A stretch of DNA of 32,000 bases from positions 772,254 to 804,253 of the forward strand of contig NZ_CP146064.1 of NCBI RefSeq assembly GCF_037013405.1, read 5' to 3'. A model generated the notes under the pieces. That model was given only the letters and a program-made list of their open reading frames with translations, did not search any database and was not told the origin of the DNA. Positions 17,177-26,537 of this stretch are shown here, piece after piece. Each line of letters begins with the position of its first letter. Position 1 is the stretch's first letter. The stretch comes from Candidatus Nanosynbacter sp. BB002. Its GTDB lineage: Bacteria; Patescibacteriota; Saccharimonadia; Saccharimonadales; Saccharimonadaceae. Position numbers and translations under genes: made by a program.

Positions 17177-17970
17177 CCGTTACTCCGCTCACTGAGTCGA
17201 TATACTGATGAGATGATTTTAGCTATTGGTTTTGGCCAAAACTTTGACAAAATCATATATTCTTCCTTGGCACGAGCATTGTCGCCAATCGCCTTGGTGG
17301 TGATTGAACCTTCATGGATACGATGACCCATTAGTGATTTTTTAATATACCCAAAGCCGTAAGTATTTTTAGATAGTTTTTCCCACGCCCAATAATCAAA
17401 CGTCGCTATCAAATCAGACTCAAAAACCGGAAGCTTGTAGTGACCTTTAACAAAAGTTACAGCTGGACAGCAAATTGGATCACCAAAAGACAGAAGCAAT
17501 CTCTTAGTAAATCGACTTTTTTTGGAAATCGCCAGCGGCCAGCAAAGCATATTTTTAATAACTAAATTTAGAGATTTAGTCACCGCAAAATTGCCTTTGA
17601 TGTCATAGGCCCTAGTAAAGATAATGCAACTATCCTGGTGTTTTTCATAATACGCAACCACCTCTGAAGAATAATTATAGTCATATATCTCATCGTGGTT
17701 AGCGACGGTAGTTAGTGTCGTCTCAGAAACTGACAACCCAAAATCAAAATCACTCGCCGCGCCTTTGCCTCTATCTTTTTCTGGTCGAGCAATCACTTTT
17801 AGGCCATACTTTTCAGCGATAGCATCAATAAAAGCATTTGGTGTTGATGTAGCAATTACAACATCACTGTTATATTGCTGATTCATCACAGATTTAACAC
17901 AATCTTCCAAAAATGGTGATTCTTTATAGGCTAAAACGACAAAAGTGTGCTGCGATTTACTGCTCATCAT
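17173..17970 (-). CDS. GT2-family glycosyltransferase
   Basis: 265 aa with 'HTFVVLAYKESPFLEDCVKSVMNQ' and 'VANHDEIYD'. Confidence 0.7.
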   Translation of the reverse strand: MMSSKSQHTFVVLAYKESPFLEDCVKSVMNQQYNSDVVIATSTPNAFIDAIAEKYGLKVIARPEKDRGKGAASDFDFGLSVSETTLTTVANHDEIYDYNYSSEVVAYYEKHQDSCIIFTRAYDIKGNFAVTKSLNLVIKNMLCWPLAISKKSRFTKRLLLSFGDPICCPAVTFVKGHYKLPVFESDLIATFDYWAWEKLSKNTYGFGYIKKSLMGHRIHEGSITTKAIGDNARAKEEYMILSKFWPKPIAKIISSVYRLSERSNG

Positions 17971-18950
17971 TTCTTCCTCGCAAATTTGCGATTAACCGCC
18001 CAGGCGTACAGTTTAACAATTATTGATTGTGGCAATAAGTCATATAGTCGCCAGTTCATATCCTTCTTGGCTACTGGCATCGTAGTATTTTTCCACGGCG
18101 TCAGATGTAGATACTTACGCCACAAAATACCAACTGGGTTTTCATTACCTTGCTGCCATGGCCGACCATTCATACCAAACTGTGAGTGAATAATCTTTGG
18201 TGTGTAGTAACTCTCCATGATCTCATCATAACTATAAAAGCTTTCGGGTAAGAAGCCGTTAGCTTTGATGTATTTTTTAATATCATAGCCATAGAACACA
18301 GTCGAGAAATTATACTCCACACCAACCTTCTTGATCTTGCCTTTGAAAAATACATTACATAGATCTTGGTCAGCCACCTCATAGTGATTATGTCGCAAAT
18401 GCTCGCGCATCTTGGCATCAATCTTATCTTTCATCCATTTTTTGTGATTAATCAGCATAATTCCGCAGTTAAAGTAGCCGTCGGTTGGTTTCAAACCGAT
18501 GACCTCTTTATGTGCGTTTACCATAGTAGCGTCATATGACAATGCCATTACATTATCTTCAAAATCAAGTTCCAAAAGACCATCGAGCGCTCCGCTGATA
18601 ACCGTGTGTGGGTTAATGTACAAGATTCGGTCTGTTTTGATATCAAGCTTAGCAAACGCCAGCATTTTATACCATGTGATATACAGCCCCTTCCACGCCT
18701 TGACGCCGATCTCTTTCAGTTCATCAGGGTAGCTTGAGACATCAACAAACGTGATTGTGGCATTTTGGTAGTTACCAACCATTTTATTAAACTTATTGAT
18801 GCTAGCTTTTTTGAGCTGGTGTCCGAGATAAAAAATATTAATCTCTTTCAAGTGTTTGTTGTTTTCCAAAAGTGACACAATAGAGATTGCGCTAACTACG
18901 GCATAGTTGTCATCGCTCTGGTATATAACGTTTAGAGTTCCTTTATTCAT
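17967..18950 (-). CDS. GT8-family glycosyltransferase (LPS 1,3-glycosyltransferase / GspA-like)
   Basis: 327 aa with 'LNVIYQSDDNYAVVSAISIVSLLENN', 'GYFNCGIMLIN' and 'ADQDLCNVFF'. Confidence 0.7.
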   Translation of the reverse strand: MNKGTLNVIYQSDDNYAVVSAISIVSLLENNKHLKEINIFYLGHQLKKASINKFNKMVGNYQNATITFVDVSSYPDELKEIGVKAWKGLYITWYKMLAFAKLDIKTDRILYINPHTVISGALDGLLELDFEDNVMALSYDATMVNAHKEVIGLKPTDGYFNCGIMLINHKKWMKDKIDAKMREHLRHNHYEVADQDLCNVFFKGKIKKVGVEYNFSTVFYGYDIKKYIKANGFLPESFYSYDEIMESYYTPKIIHSQFGMNGRPWQQGNENPVGILWRKYLHLTPWKNTTMPVAKKDMNWRLYDLLPQSIIVKLYAWAVNRKFARKK

Positions 18951-18961
18951 GCCTGCAATTC

Positions 18962-19819
18962 CTATCCATTAACCGGCAGTTGTTTAATGTAGTCTTTCAA
19001 CATGTCCGTATAGTCTCTTGGTGTGAAACCCGCTCGACGCAACTTCGACAAATCCATATCACTGTTGAGCGGTCGTGGCGCAAAGCCTGGTTTACTGGCT
19101 GCATATTCCTCGGTGGAAATCGGCTGCACACGGTTACGGTCATGTCCAGCATATTCAAAAACATCGGCAGCAATTTCATGCCATGACTTTACTGGACCAT
19201 CATTGGATACATTATACAGTCCATATGCCACATTATTATCCAAAAAATACTTGGTAGCTCGAGCAATCTCTGACGCAAACGTTAGCCGACCAAATTGGTC
19301 ATCGACGACTTTTGGATTGATACGCATATCCGCCAAGTTTTTCATGGTTTTTGGCATATTATGTCCATCACCAACAACCCATGACACTCGCATAATGTAG
19401 TGTTTTGGCACTAAACTAACCGCCAAATCGCCCGCCGCCTTACTTTCTCCATAGACCAAAAGAGGTGCAACTACTTCATCATCTTGATGGTTTTTCTCTC
19501 GACCATCCCAAACATAATCTGACGAATAGTGGACAAGGGTTTTGTTTTGTTCAATCGCAATTTTAGCGAGGTTACGTGGACCATAAGCATTAGCTAGCCA
19601 TGTCTTAGCACGCAGCTCGTCTGTCTCAGAACCATCGGCATTAACCAAAGCTGCTGCATTGATGATAACGTCGTATTTTGACCAGTCAAAGGCCTTTACT
19701 TGCTCCTCATCGGCTATATCCAACTCTTCTCGTGATAATGCCTTAGCGTCTGGAAACATGGCACACAACGCCTTACCTAGTTGTCCACCTGCTCCTAAAA
19801 TTACGTATTTCTTACTCAT
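18962..19819 (-). CDS. Second dTDP-4-dehydrorhamnose-reductase-family paralogue (RfbD-like)
   Basis: 285 aa. It shares 'GQLGKAL', 'TLVHYSSDYVWDG', 'VYGESKAAGDL', 'GRLTF', 'NDGPVKSW' and 'APRPLNSDMDLSKL' blocks with the RfbD at 13596..14456, but is clearly diverged from it. Confidence 0.8.
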   Translation of the reverse strand: MSKKYVILGAGGQLGKALCAMFPDAKALSREELDIADEEQVKAFDWSKYDVIINAAALVNADGSETDELRAKTWLANAYGPRNLAKIAIEQNKTLVHYSSDYVWDGREKNHQDDEVVAPLLVYGESKAAGDLAVSLVPKHYIMRVSWVVGDGHNMPKTMKNLADMRINPKVVDDQFGRLTFASEIARATKYFLDNNVAYGLYNVSNDGPVKSWHEIAADVFEYAGHDRNRVQPISTEEYAASKPGFAPRPLNSDMDLSKLRRAGFTPRDYTDMLKDYIKQLPVNG

Positions 19820-21072
19820 AACTCCCCTTTATCTTTGTCAGTTATTATAGCATCTTTTAGCGATCGCTTATAGATAACTAACAGAAGTGTCACTTGCAAC
19901 AAGCTAATCATCATAAAAACCAACACACTACCCAACATCGCTAATCGCTCAATCAAACACATAGACACCACTACCGCCAAAATATCTGTGAGTAATAATG
20001 TATAAAATTGTCCCTTAAACCGACGCATGATGATTAGTAGGTTAACATAAATCGACACAAAAGCGTTCGCCGCCGCACCAATCACCATAATTGTTAAATC
20101 GAGTTGGAAATTATTAATATTGATGCCAAAAATAACATTAAGCACCCAAACACCAATCAGATAGCTTAGAACAACCGAAAGCACTCCCATTCCAAAAGTT
20201 ATGTGATTCATTTTACTAACAACTTGCGCAAATTCCTTCAACTTTCTTTTTACTAATAGTTCAGATAGATTCACCACATTTGGCTGAATGATAAACGAGA
20301 TAAAGAGTCCAAGAAGCGTAATCGGCATCGCCATAATACCAAAATAACCAATCTGGTCAGGATGCGATTTATCTAAAAAATACCGTGGGATATTGAGTGA
20401 AAACATCGTCAAAAACATCACAACAAACACCGCTGACGTGTGTTTCATGATAGCAACAGCCTGAGCGATATATTCTTTGCATAGTTTTTTACTTACGTTA
20501 ATAACTTCAACGCGTCGCACCCAAAGTATATCGTAGAGGAATATGATAAGCACATTAACCAACAATATTGCCAATGTACCGTATATAACATTTTTGGTGA
20601 CAATGTCAACCGCCATGAACGCCGCAAAACCAAGCATCGCTTTCATGGTTAATGATATACCAGCGACATATAACTTATGATGAATTTGTAAAACACCATA
20701 CAGCGAGTCAGCAATTGATTCTAGGATTTTAAAGGTCACTAAAATCATAATTAAGCCTGTTTTTGTAGCGTTATAGCCGTTCAGCACACAGAATACTACT
20801 GCGGAAATCGCCACAATAAGTGATGCGATGAAGCGTACGGCGACGTATCCACCACTCGAAAACTCCCGCTTAACATCAGACACTTGATAGGTCCGACCAC
20901 CCCATAAAGAAACCGCCCAAAACACCACTGAAAGTGACAACGCAAACGAAAACAGTCCAGAATCGTCAATGCCATTTAGTCGAGTGATGACAATGAGTAA
21001 TACCGGAGAGATCGCACTCTGTAGTAATGAACCCAGCGAGTTCCAGAGATAATCTTTTTTGATATTTTGCAT
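19816..21072 (-). CDS. Wzx-type (MOP superfamily) oligosaccharide flippase
   Basis: 418 aa with about 12 hydrophobic segments. The N-terminal 'LWNSLGSLLQSAISPVLLIVITRLNG' is typical of the polysaccharide-biosynthesis-protein family. Confidence 0.7.
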   Translation of the reverse strand: MQNIKKDYLWNSLGSLLQSAISPVLLIVITRLNGIDDSGLFSFALSLSVVFWAVSLWGGRTYQVSDVKREFSSGGYVAVRFIASLIVAISAVVFCVLNGYNATKTGLIMILVTFKILESIADSLYGVLQIHHKLYVAGISLTMKAMLGFAAFMAVDIVTKNVIYGTLAILLVNVLIIFLYDILWVRRVEVINVSKKLCKEYIAQAVAIMKHTSAVFVVMFLTMFSLNIPRYFLDKSHPDQIGYFGIMAMPITLLGLFISFIIQPNVVNLSELLVKRKLKEFAQVVSKMNHITFGMGVLSVVLSYLIGVWVLNVIFGININNFQLDLTIMVIGAAANAFVSIYVNLLIIMRRFKGQFYTLLLTDILAVVVSMCLIERLAMLGSVLVFMMISLLQVTLLLVIYKRSLKDAIITDKDKGEL

Positions 21073-21086
21073 ACAGTCGCCTCACG

Positions 21087-22517
21087 TTACGGGGTATACA
21101 TGAAATACCGCTGAAACGTTATCAATAGCGCCATTATCACCAATAACAAAATGATTAGCGATGAAATCATGATGATATTTTTCTTATCTTGAGGTTTTAG
21201 CTCAGCTCCTCGACCCAAAAATATCGCCATGAAAATTATGATAAGTGTTGGCAAGAAATAGCGACCCTGGACCCCGTAGATGATGTCAAAGTTATATGGT
21301 GTATACGTTAGATAGATAGCTACATTAACTGCAACAAAGTGTACCGCGGCCAAACCTACAGCTAACCAACGCCAAGAGTTCGGGATAGTAAGCTTACTCT
21401 TGTCCTTTCCTAACGATACCGTTGCTGTCATTCCTAACACAAAGATATATATATAACCCATCCATAATGGATATAATGTATCGGCCGCACCAAAAGTACC
21501 AATTACACCTCGAGCTTCATCATCACCAAATGATGTCATATATGAATTCCACAAAACACGAGGTCCTCGTCTTGGATGTTCTTTGAGATTCTGTAATTGT
21601 TTATCTGATTGTATATTTTGAGGCAATGAATCACTTCTGTATTCATATTCTCCTGCATTGTTCGCCATCACTATATTAGCTCCAAGCAGCAATACACTGA
21701 TAATTGTAGCCGCAATCGACCAACGCCAAAAATGCTTCTTTTTTACCAAAATAATGATCAATGGCAAAAACAGATATAGTAGCGGCTTAGACCAAACGAT
21801 CGCACCGCACAGCATGGCTAATTTAATCCATTGATTACGTTGGATGTCGGTCGATTGTACATACAGGCGTAGCGTATATGCAAGGAATAACAACAATAAA
21901 GCATATGATACTCCATCAGTTCCTACCATAGACTGCTGGAATAACATCATTGGCAACAACGCAACAAACGTAAATAAATATTTTTTACCTGGTAATAGTT
22001 TAATAGCAAAATAAACTATTACCACTGACGCTAAAGCTAATAGTATTCGTGCAATATAGAGAGAGATAACCGGGCTGAGATTAAAGACGTTAGCCAAAAA
22101 TACCCCTGGAACAGCTGGTAAATAGGTTAGAAAATTGTATGAAACCATAGGCGGTTGATACCGCTCACTTGGGTTCAATGATCTCTTGACAGCTTGCTTA
22201 GTGCGATTAAAATCATATTTTTTAGCTGAAAAACCGCGAATCTCATCATCATAGAACGTTAGTCTCAGCGTCTCACCAATAGATTTTGGCAAACTAGCAC
22301 CAGTGCTTTTTGGGTTGACTGGTATAACATATCCGTGTGCGATATACTGCACACGAATATAATGCTCTGGCTCATCAGGACCTTGAAATGGAGGGGTGAT
22401 GATCGCAAAGCCTAATGCACCAATTAACCCAACTATAAGGTAGATTTTATGCGGCTGACTACACAGCAACACTAACTTTTTCTTGACACTATCAAGCTTC
22501 TCTCGCACCGTCTTCAT
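21087..22517 (-). CDS. Polytopic membrane protein, DUF2142-like (putative GT-C-fold extracytoplasmic glycosyltransferase)
   Basis: 476 aa with many TM segments. The first loop carries 'PPFQGPDEPEHYIRV', the PDExxH motif I associate with DUF2142. Confidence 0.5.
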   Translation of the reverse strand: MKTVREKLDSVKKKLVLLCSQPHKIYLIVGLIGALGFAIITPPFQGPDEPEHYIRVQYIAHGYVIPVNPKSTGASLPKSIGETLRLTFYDDEIRGFSAKKYDFNRTKQAVKRSLNPSERYQPPMVSYNFLTYLPAVPGVFLANVFNLSPVISLYIARILLALASVVIVYFAIKLLPGKKYLFTFVALLPMMLFQQSMVGTDGVSYALLLLFLAYTLRLYVQSTDIQRNQWIKLAMLCGAIVWSKPLLYLFLPLIIILVKKKHFWRWSIAATIISVLLLGANIVMANNAGEYEYRSDSLPQNIQSDKQLQNLKEHPRRGPRVLWNSYMTSFGDDEARGVIGTFGAADTLYPLWMGYIYIFVLGMTATVSLGKDKSKLTIPNSWRWLAVGLAAVHFVAVNVAIYLTYTPYNFDIIYGVQGRYFLPTLIIIFMAIFLGRGAELKPQDKKNIIMISSLIILLLVIMALLITFQRYFMYTP

Positions 22518-22526
22518 ATAGCACTA

Positions 22527-22532
22527 ATTATA
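22527..22532 (-). promoter_or_regulatory. Candidate -10 box (TATAAT) for the DUF2142-like gene
   Basis: A perfect TATAAT on the minus strand ends 9 nt before ATG 22517. There is no SD in the gap and the -35 is weak. Confidence 0.35.
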
Positions 22533-22552
22533 CACTCATGTTCGCTGTTTTG

Positions 22553-24877
22553 CTATATGAGTTCACCCTTAGCTAGTAGGCTAACTGTGATATAGGAAAT
22601 CTTAACGATAGGCAGTTTTTCTTTATTCAGCTCAACAAATTTTTGCCAGCTACGAATCGGGTGCAAAGTTCCGTTCCTTAGATGATAGATTGTACCACCT
22701 GGATCGCCCACAAACTGCGGCAGTTTTGCTTCTTTGGTCAGTATGGCGCATGTTTTGCTTTGTAGTGGATATGGGTTTTGTGACGGTAGGTGTAATTCAT
22801 ATAATGTACCGCCCATTCCTAAGTAACTGCGGCCCTCGCAACTAACATATGGAGACAAGACTCGGTTGCTGACTTTGTATTTTTCAACCACCCTGTCATC
22901 AACTTGGCGGATGGCGCCATTGACACCCAAATCAGCAGCTTGATCAAAGTGTGACAGCGGGATGAGTGTGTCGTATCCATCAGAAACATATACCGTACCA
23001 TTAGAGGGTGCTTTTACCATTTTACCGGGTGCAAAGACCACGTTGCCTGAAGGAATCTTTCGAATAGTCTCACCAGATAGCCAAGCGATAGTTGGTCGCT
23101 CAGTCTTAGTGATGGCAAATACATCCTCCATAGCAACTATCGGTCGTTTCTGGCGTGATTCCATGACATATACCGTGCCATTATCTGACGATTTCAGGGT
23201 CACAACATCGTCCAGCGCCCCAGATCCAGGCAACGAGCGGACCGTTTCTTCTGATAGCGCCAACGGACTGACTGGTATATCTTGTGGCTTAGTGACTTTC
23301 TTTTTACCCTGATTGGTAATGAGGAATGTCTCCCCGGCTGGATTTTTAACATAATCATCGACTGTTTGATTAGTTTGCGGTAGTTTGTTGATGCTTTCTT
23401 GTTGCAATACACCGCCGCCAAGCGATTGCAAGGTTTGATCGACATATTCAGAGTGTCTAATGTTGTGTAATGTTCCGTTGCTAATCAGCTTTTGGTGACC
23501 AGTGTCTCTGTTTCTCACGACCGCTGCCTCTCTGACGATTGGTGTGCCGTATGGCAGATATTGAATGGCTGATTCGCCCAGAACATTATATCCCTGGTCG
23601 TATTGTTGCAAAGCTAATGATTTGTCATCCAAGACCTCACGGCGCGTACCATTTTGGATATAGAATCGCTTACCACTAGTTGTCTTATAGCCGTGTCCCA
23701 TGCGCGGACCGTGATAGAATTTATTCACTTGTGCCTCAGTCAGTAACATACTATTGCCGCAATCCATACCGTATTGTGCCACCATGGCACAGGTTGTAAA
23801 TGCCAGTCTGATGCCAGAATCATAGAAATACACCGTGCCGTCAGGTGATCGCATCAATCGATTCGCTACCTGGCCTGTCGGAATTTTATCTAGATACGCT
23901 TGAGACACAAAACCAACACCACCCAGAGGAGATAATGCCGCCAAAATGTCATAGTTCGGTACCGGATATTTAACATTATCCGACACCAGGTAGACTGTTG
24001 CGTTATCATGAGACCTCAGCAAGGTACTGTTGACGTGGGTGCTACCAAACCACTCCCTAAACATATAGAAGAAGTTGCGGTTGCCGTATGCTCCACAGTG
24101 TGCCGTGCCAGGATAAGCCGCCAGTGCTGCATCATTTGGTACATATGGTGTATAGATATACAGGCTGGCAGTTGCGTAATTTTCAATATATACATCTCGG
24201 TAGCCACAAGCAGGATTTGGGTTATACAAAATTCTATTGACTCGACCCGGCTGATAATTATAGTTTTGAATTTCGTTGCGATATTTTCGTAATTGCCAAG
24301 CAGCTTTATTTACTTGCTTATAAAAGCCGGCTTTTTCATTATCACAGTTTGCAGAATAACCTGGACCACTGTCAGGACAGCCATAACCCATGGCATATTT
24401 GTACTGTGACCGCAACGGCCAAGAGTCGGCAAACAACGGACCAGCCGATTCTTTTCTTAATGTTACCAACAATACTTGTGGGTTAATTTGATATCGTTGC
24501 GCAGCATCCCAGATGATTTGACCAGCATTGATACCACCAGGAAAGGCACCGCCACCACGATCAAAGGAAGTCTCGCCGTTGTTTGGATTTTCGTGATAAT
24601 TTTGTAAACAAACGTATGGTGGACCATGCCAGCCACGCTGTGCTGCGTACTGGGCTTTGGTATTGCCGTGGCCAGAAGGTCCAGTACCCCAGGTGTCACA
24701 CGCCGGTGTGTGCTGTTCAATAAACCGCTGCACTGCCGCCGCAGAACCCATAGCTCGTGAATCATAAAAGATTTCATCATCAATAATCCTACCAGGATTA
24801 AAGCCTGAAGCCCCAGCCCCTTGAGAGAGAATGACCGCAAAGGTTAAGCTTAGTAACAATCCTACTATCTTCTTCAT
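22553..24877 (-). CDS. Secreted 774-aa protein: signal peptide, Cys-rich conserved N-terminal domain (putative cell-wall hydrolase-like), and about 9 tandem ~57-aa repeats
   Basis: The signal peptide is 'MKKIVGLLLSLTFAVILSQGAGASG'. Residues ~26-280 contain 'FNPGRIIDDEIFYDS', 'INPQVLLVTLRKES', 'YAMGYGCPD', 'YTPYVPN' and 'YGNRNFFYMFREWFGST' blocks with 6 Cys. I recognise this as a recurrent but poorly characterised extracellular domain. The rest of the protein is repeats. Confidence 0.7.
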   Translation of the reverse strand: MKKIVGLLLSLTFAVILSQGAGASGFNPGRIIDDEIFYDSRAMGSAAAVQRFIEQHTPACDTWGTGPSGHGNTKAQYAAQRGWHGPPYVCLQNYHENPNNGETSFDRGGGAFPGGINAGQIIWDAAQRYQINPQVLLVTLRKESAGPLFADSWPLRSQYKYAMGYGCPDSGPGYSANCDNEKAGFYKQVNKAAWQLRKYRNEIQNYNYQPGRVNRILYNPNPACGYRDVYIENYATASLYIYTPYVPNDAALAAYPGTAHCGAYGNRNFFYMFREWFGSTHVNSTLLRSHDNATVYLVSDNVKYPVPNYDILAALSPLGGVGFVSQAYLDKIPTGQVANRLMRSPDGTVYFYDSGIRLAFTTCAMVAQYGMDCGNSMLLTEAQVNKFYHGPRMGHGYKTTSGKRFYIQNGTRREVLDDKSLALQQYDQGYNVLGESAIQYLPYGTPIVREAAVVRNRDTGHQKLISNGTLHNIRHSEYVDQTLQSLGGGVLQQESINKLPQTNQTVDDYVKNPAGETFLITNQGKKKVTKPQDIPVSPLALSEETVRSLPGSGALDDVVTLKSSDNGTVYVMESRQKRPIVAMEDVFAITKTERPTIAWLSGETIRKIPSGNVVFAPGKMVKAPSNGTVYVSDGYDTLIPLSHFDQAADLGVNGAIRQVDDRVVEKYKVSNRVLSPYVSCEGRSYLGMGGTLYELHLPSQNPYPLQSKTCAILTKEAKLPQFVGDPGGTIYHLRNGTLHPIRSWQKFVELNKEKLPIVKISYITVSLLAKGELI
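22556..24019 (-). repeat. Protein-level tandem repeats (~9 copies, period about 55-60 aa) with core 'xNGTVY(V/L)xxxGxxxPI'
   Basis: Repeat cores are DNATVYLVSDNVKYPV (290), PDGTVYFYDSGIRLAF (345), SGKRFYIQNGTRREV (401), HQKLISNGTLHNI (461), AGETFLITNQGKKKV (514), DNGTVYVMESRQKRPI (565), SNGTVYVSDGYDTLIPL (625), GGTLYELHL (689) and GGTIYHLRNGTLHPI (727). The repeats are degenerate at the DNA level. Confidence 0.6.
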
Positions 24878-25483
24878 TTACTCAACCACCACCGTCATGC
24901 CGTCAGCTACACCGTGAGACCTGCCTGAATTATACTCGATTGACACTGTCCACTTACCAGCAGCTCCTAATTCATCTCTACTCACCCGCATCGTTTGACA
25001 TGAGGTTGAGCTTGGACCAGGAATTACTCCGGCCGTCTTTTTGACGACTCGATTGCCCAGTGTAAATACATAGGTACATGTACCATCCTGTTCGACAGCG
25101 TTCGTTACAAATCCGCTAGCGGTGATAGTATGCTTATCAACTGACTGCTCAACACTAGTCATCAGCACATAGACTGATTGTTTTTTTGTTTGAGGGTCGG
25201 TCTTTGGCTGCGGTGTCACATCAGTGTTTGGTCGAGCTGATTTATTATCTGGATTGTCCTCGACATTTTTAGTGTCTTTTTTCTCAGTTTTGGTTTTGTT
25301 TGGATTTACTCCACGACCCTGATCGTCAACCGTAAAAGCCTTGTCCTGATCTGAAAATGGCAACCATTTATTATAGTAAGCTGCCGCCACATACGAGCCA
25401 GCAACAACAATTGCCGCCAGTAGTGATATACTGATAATTTTCTTGCGTGATAGTTTAGAAAGTTTTTTCTGTTTCATAGTCAT
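24878..25483 (-). CDS. Membrane-anchored hypothetical protein: N-terminal TM segment, Lys/Thr/Pro/Asp-rich linker, and a C-terminal beta-rich domain with 2 Cys
   Basis: 201 aa with the anchor 'IISISLLAAIVVAGSYVAAAYY' and a low-complexity linker at residues ~55-100. Its stop abuts the ATG of the 774-aa gene (0-nt gap). I recognise no family. Confidence 0.6.
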   Translation of the reverse strand: MTMKQKKLSKLSRKKIISISLLAAIVVAGSYVAAAYYNKWLPFSDQDKAFTVDDQGRGVNPNKTKTEKKDTKNVEDNPDNKSARPNTDVTPQPKTDPQTKKQSVYVLMTSVEQSVDKHTITASGFVTNAVEQDGTCTYVFTLGNRVVKKTAGVIPGPSSTSCQTMRVSRDELGAAGKWTVSIEYNSGRSHGVADGMTVVVE

Positions 25484-25495
25484 TACCCTAGGATA

Positions 25496-25524
25496 ATGAT
25501 ACAGTAAAAAACCAATTTTTTCAA
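25496..25524 (-). promoter_or_regulatory. Internal sigma70-type promoter for the 201-aa/774-aa gene pair
   Basis: The minus strand reads TTGAAA (25524..25519), N17, then TATCAT (25501..25496). The -10 box ends 12 nt before ATG 25483. Confidence 0.55.
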
Positions 25525-25532
25525 ATTAACCA

Positions 25533-26537
25533 CTAGCTTTTTGATTTTGCTTCAACGTGTTCTAACGAATATCTATCAATCGCCGTGTGGTCGTCCAATT
25601 TCGTCAACACTGCCCGACGTACGCCGCGCCATTTTTCTATATTATAAAAAATATTCAACACCAAGTAGAATAGCTTTCTTTTCCGTGAATATTGTTTATC
25701 ACGCAGCGTAAATAACGTGTCGCGAATCCACCCGATGATGACCATTTTGGTTATCTGAGAAATAGTCGGTAGTGGCACATCAATACCCACACGACGAAGC
25801 CCCATCGTCTCGTCAAACATTCGCATTTTGTATTCACGCAGCTTAAATTCATTAGAATGCAACACATTACCCCTGGAGGCATAGGCTTTCATGTAGCCCG
25901 CGTTGATAACATCGCGGCCAAACAATTGATCTTCAGCATACGGAACATCTTGATATGGCAATTCACCAGTCAGATAACTGCGACGAGCAGCCGAGTTAAC
26001 ATCAGAATAAAACGCTACTTTATCATAGGTTTCCTGTTTTTTGATAAAAGAATCTTTGTAGAACAATGTTGTTCCAAAATCAGGACCAAAACCATTGAAC
26101 ACACCCATGATTTCGCGCTTCAACAAGGGAAAGGTGGTTGGCCGCGGGTCTTGTTTTCCCATAACACCAATGATACGGTCTGACAATTCAAACGGTTTCG
26201 TCATCTCATATAGCCAATATTTATGAGCGGGCGTAGCATCTTGTGACAGGTAAACCACGATGTCGCCTTTTGCATCATGAGCGGCGGCTGCCCGCGTCTT
26301 ACCGTGACCATATTCCTCTTTTGTGATGGTTTTATACCGTAAGTTTGGGTGTTTTTTAGCATATTTTTTGATGATTTTTGGCGTCTTATCTGTGGAGCTT
26401 GTGTCGTAAATCAAAACTTCATAGGTTTTGTCAATTTTTTGTTTGAACACCATTTTTAGCAGATCATCCAAATAGTCCTCACCAAAATACGTTGGGATAA
26501 AAACAGTGATGTCGATTTTGTCCGTGTTGTTAGCCAC
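25533..26537 (-). CDS. GT2-family glycosyltransferase (rhamnosyltransferase-like)
   Basis: 334 aa with 'ITVFIPTYFGEDYLDDLL', 'VLIYDTSSTDKT', 'YGHGKTRAAAA' and 'VVYLSQDATP'. Confidence 0.7.
   Translation of the reverse strand: MANNTDKIDITVFIPTYFGEDYLDDLLKMVFKQKIDKTYEVLIYDTSSTDKTPKIIKKYAKKHPNLRYKTITKEEYGHGKTRAAAAHDAKGDIVVYLSQDATPAHKYWLYEMTKPFELSDRIIGVMGKQDPRPTTFPLLKREIMGVFNGFGPDFGTTLFYKDSFIKKQETYDKVAFYSDVNSAARRSYLTGELPYQDVPYAEDQLFGRDVINAGYMKAYASRGNVLHSNEFKLREYKMRMFDETMGLRRVGIDVPLPTISQITKMVIIGWIRDTLFTLRDKQYSRKRKLFYLVLNIFYNIEKWRGVRRAVLTKLDDHTAIDRYSLEHVEAKSKS

Noticed and set aside
17517-17523. Homopolymer tracts (A7/T7) inside the GT2 gene, and at 25181..25187 inside the 201-aa gene, considered as possible phase-variation switches
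   Set aside because: Seven-nucleotide tracts are short for slipped-strand switching and are expected in AT-rich Lys-codon runs (KK). No longer SSR is present in any glycosyltransferase gene.
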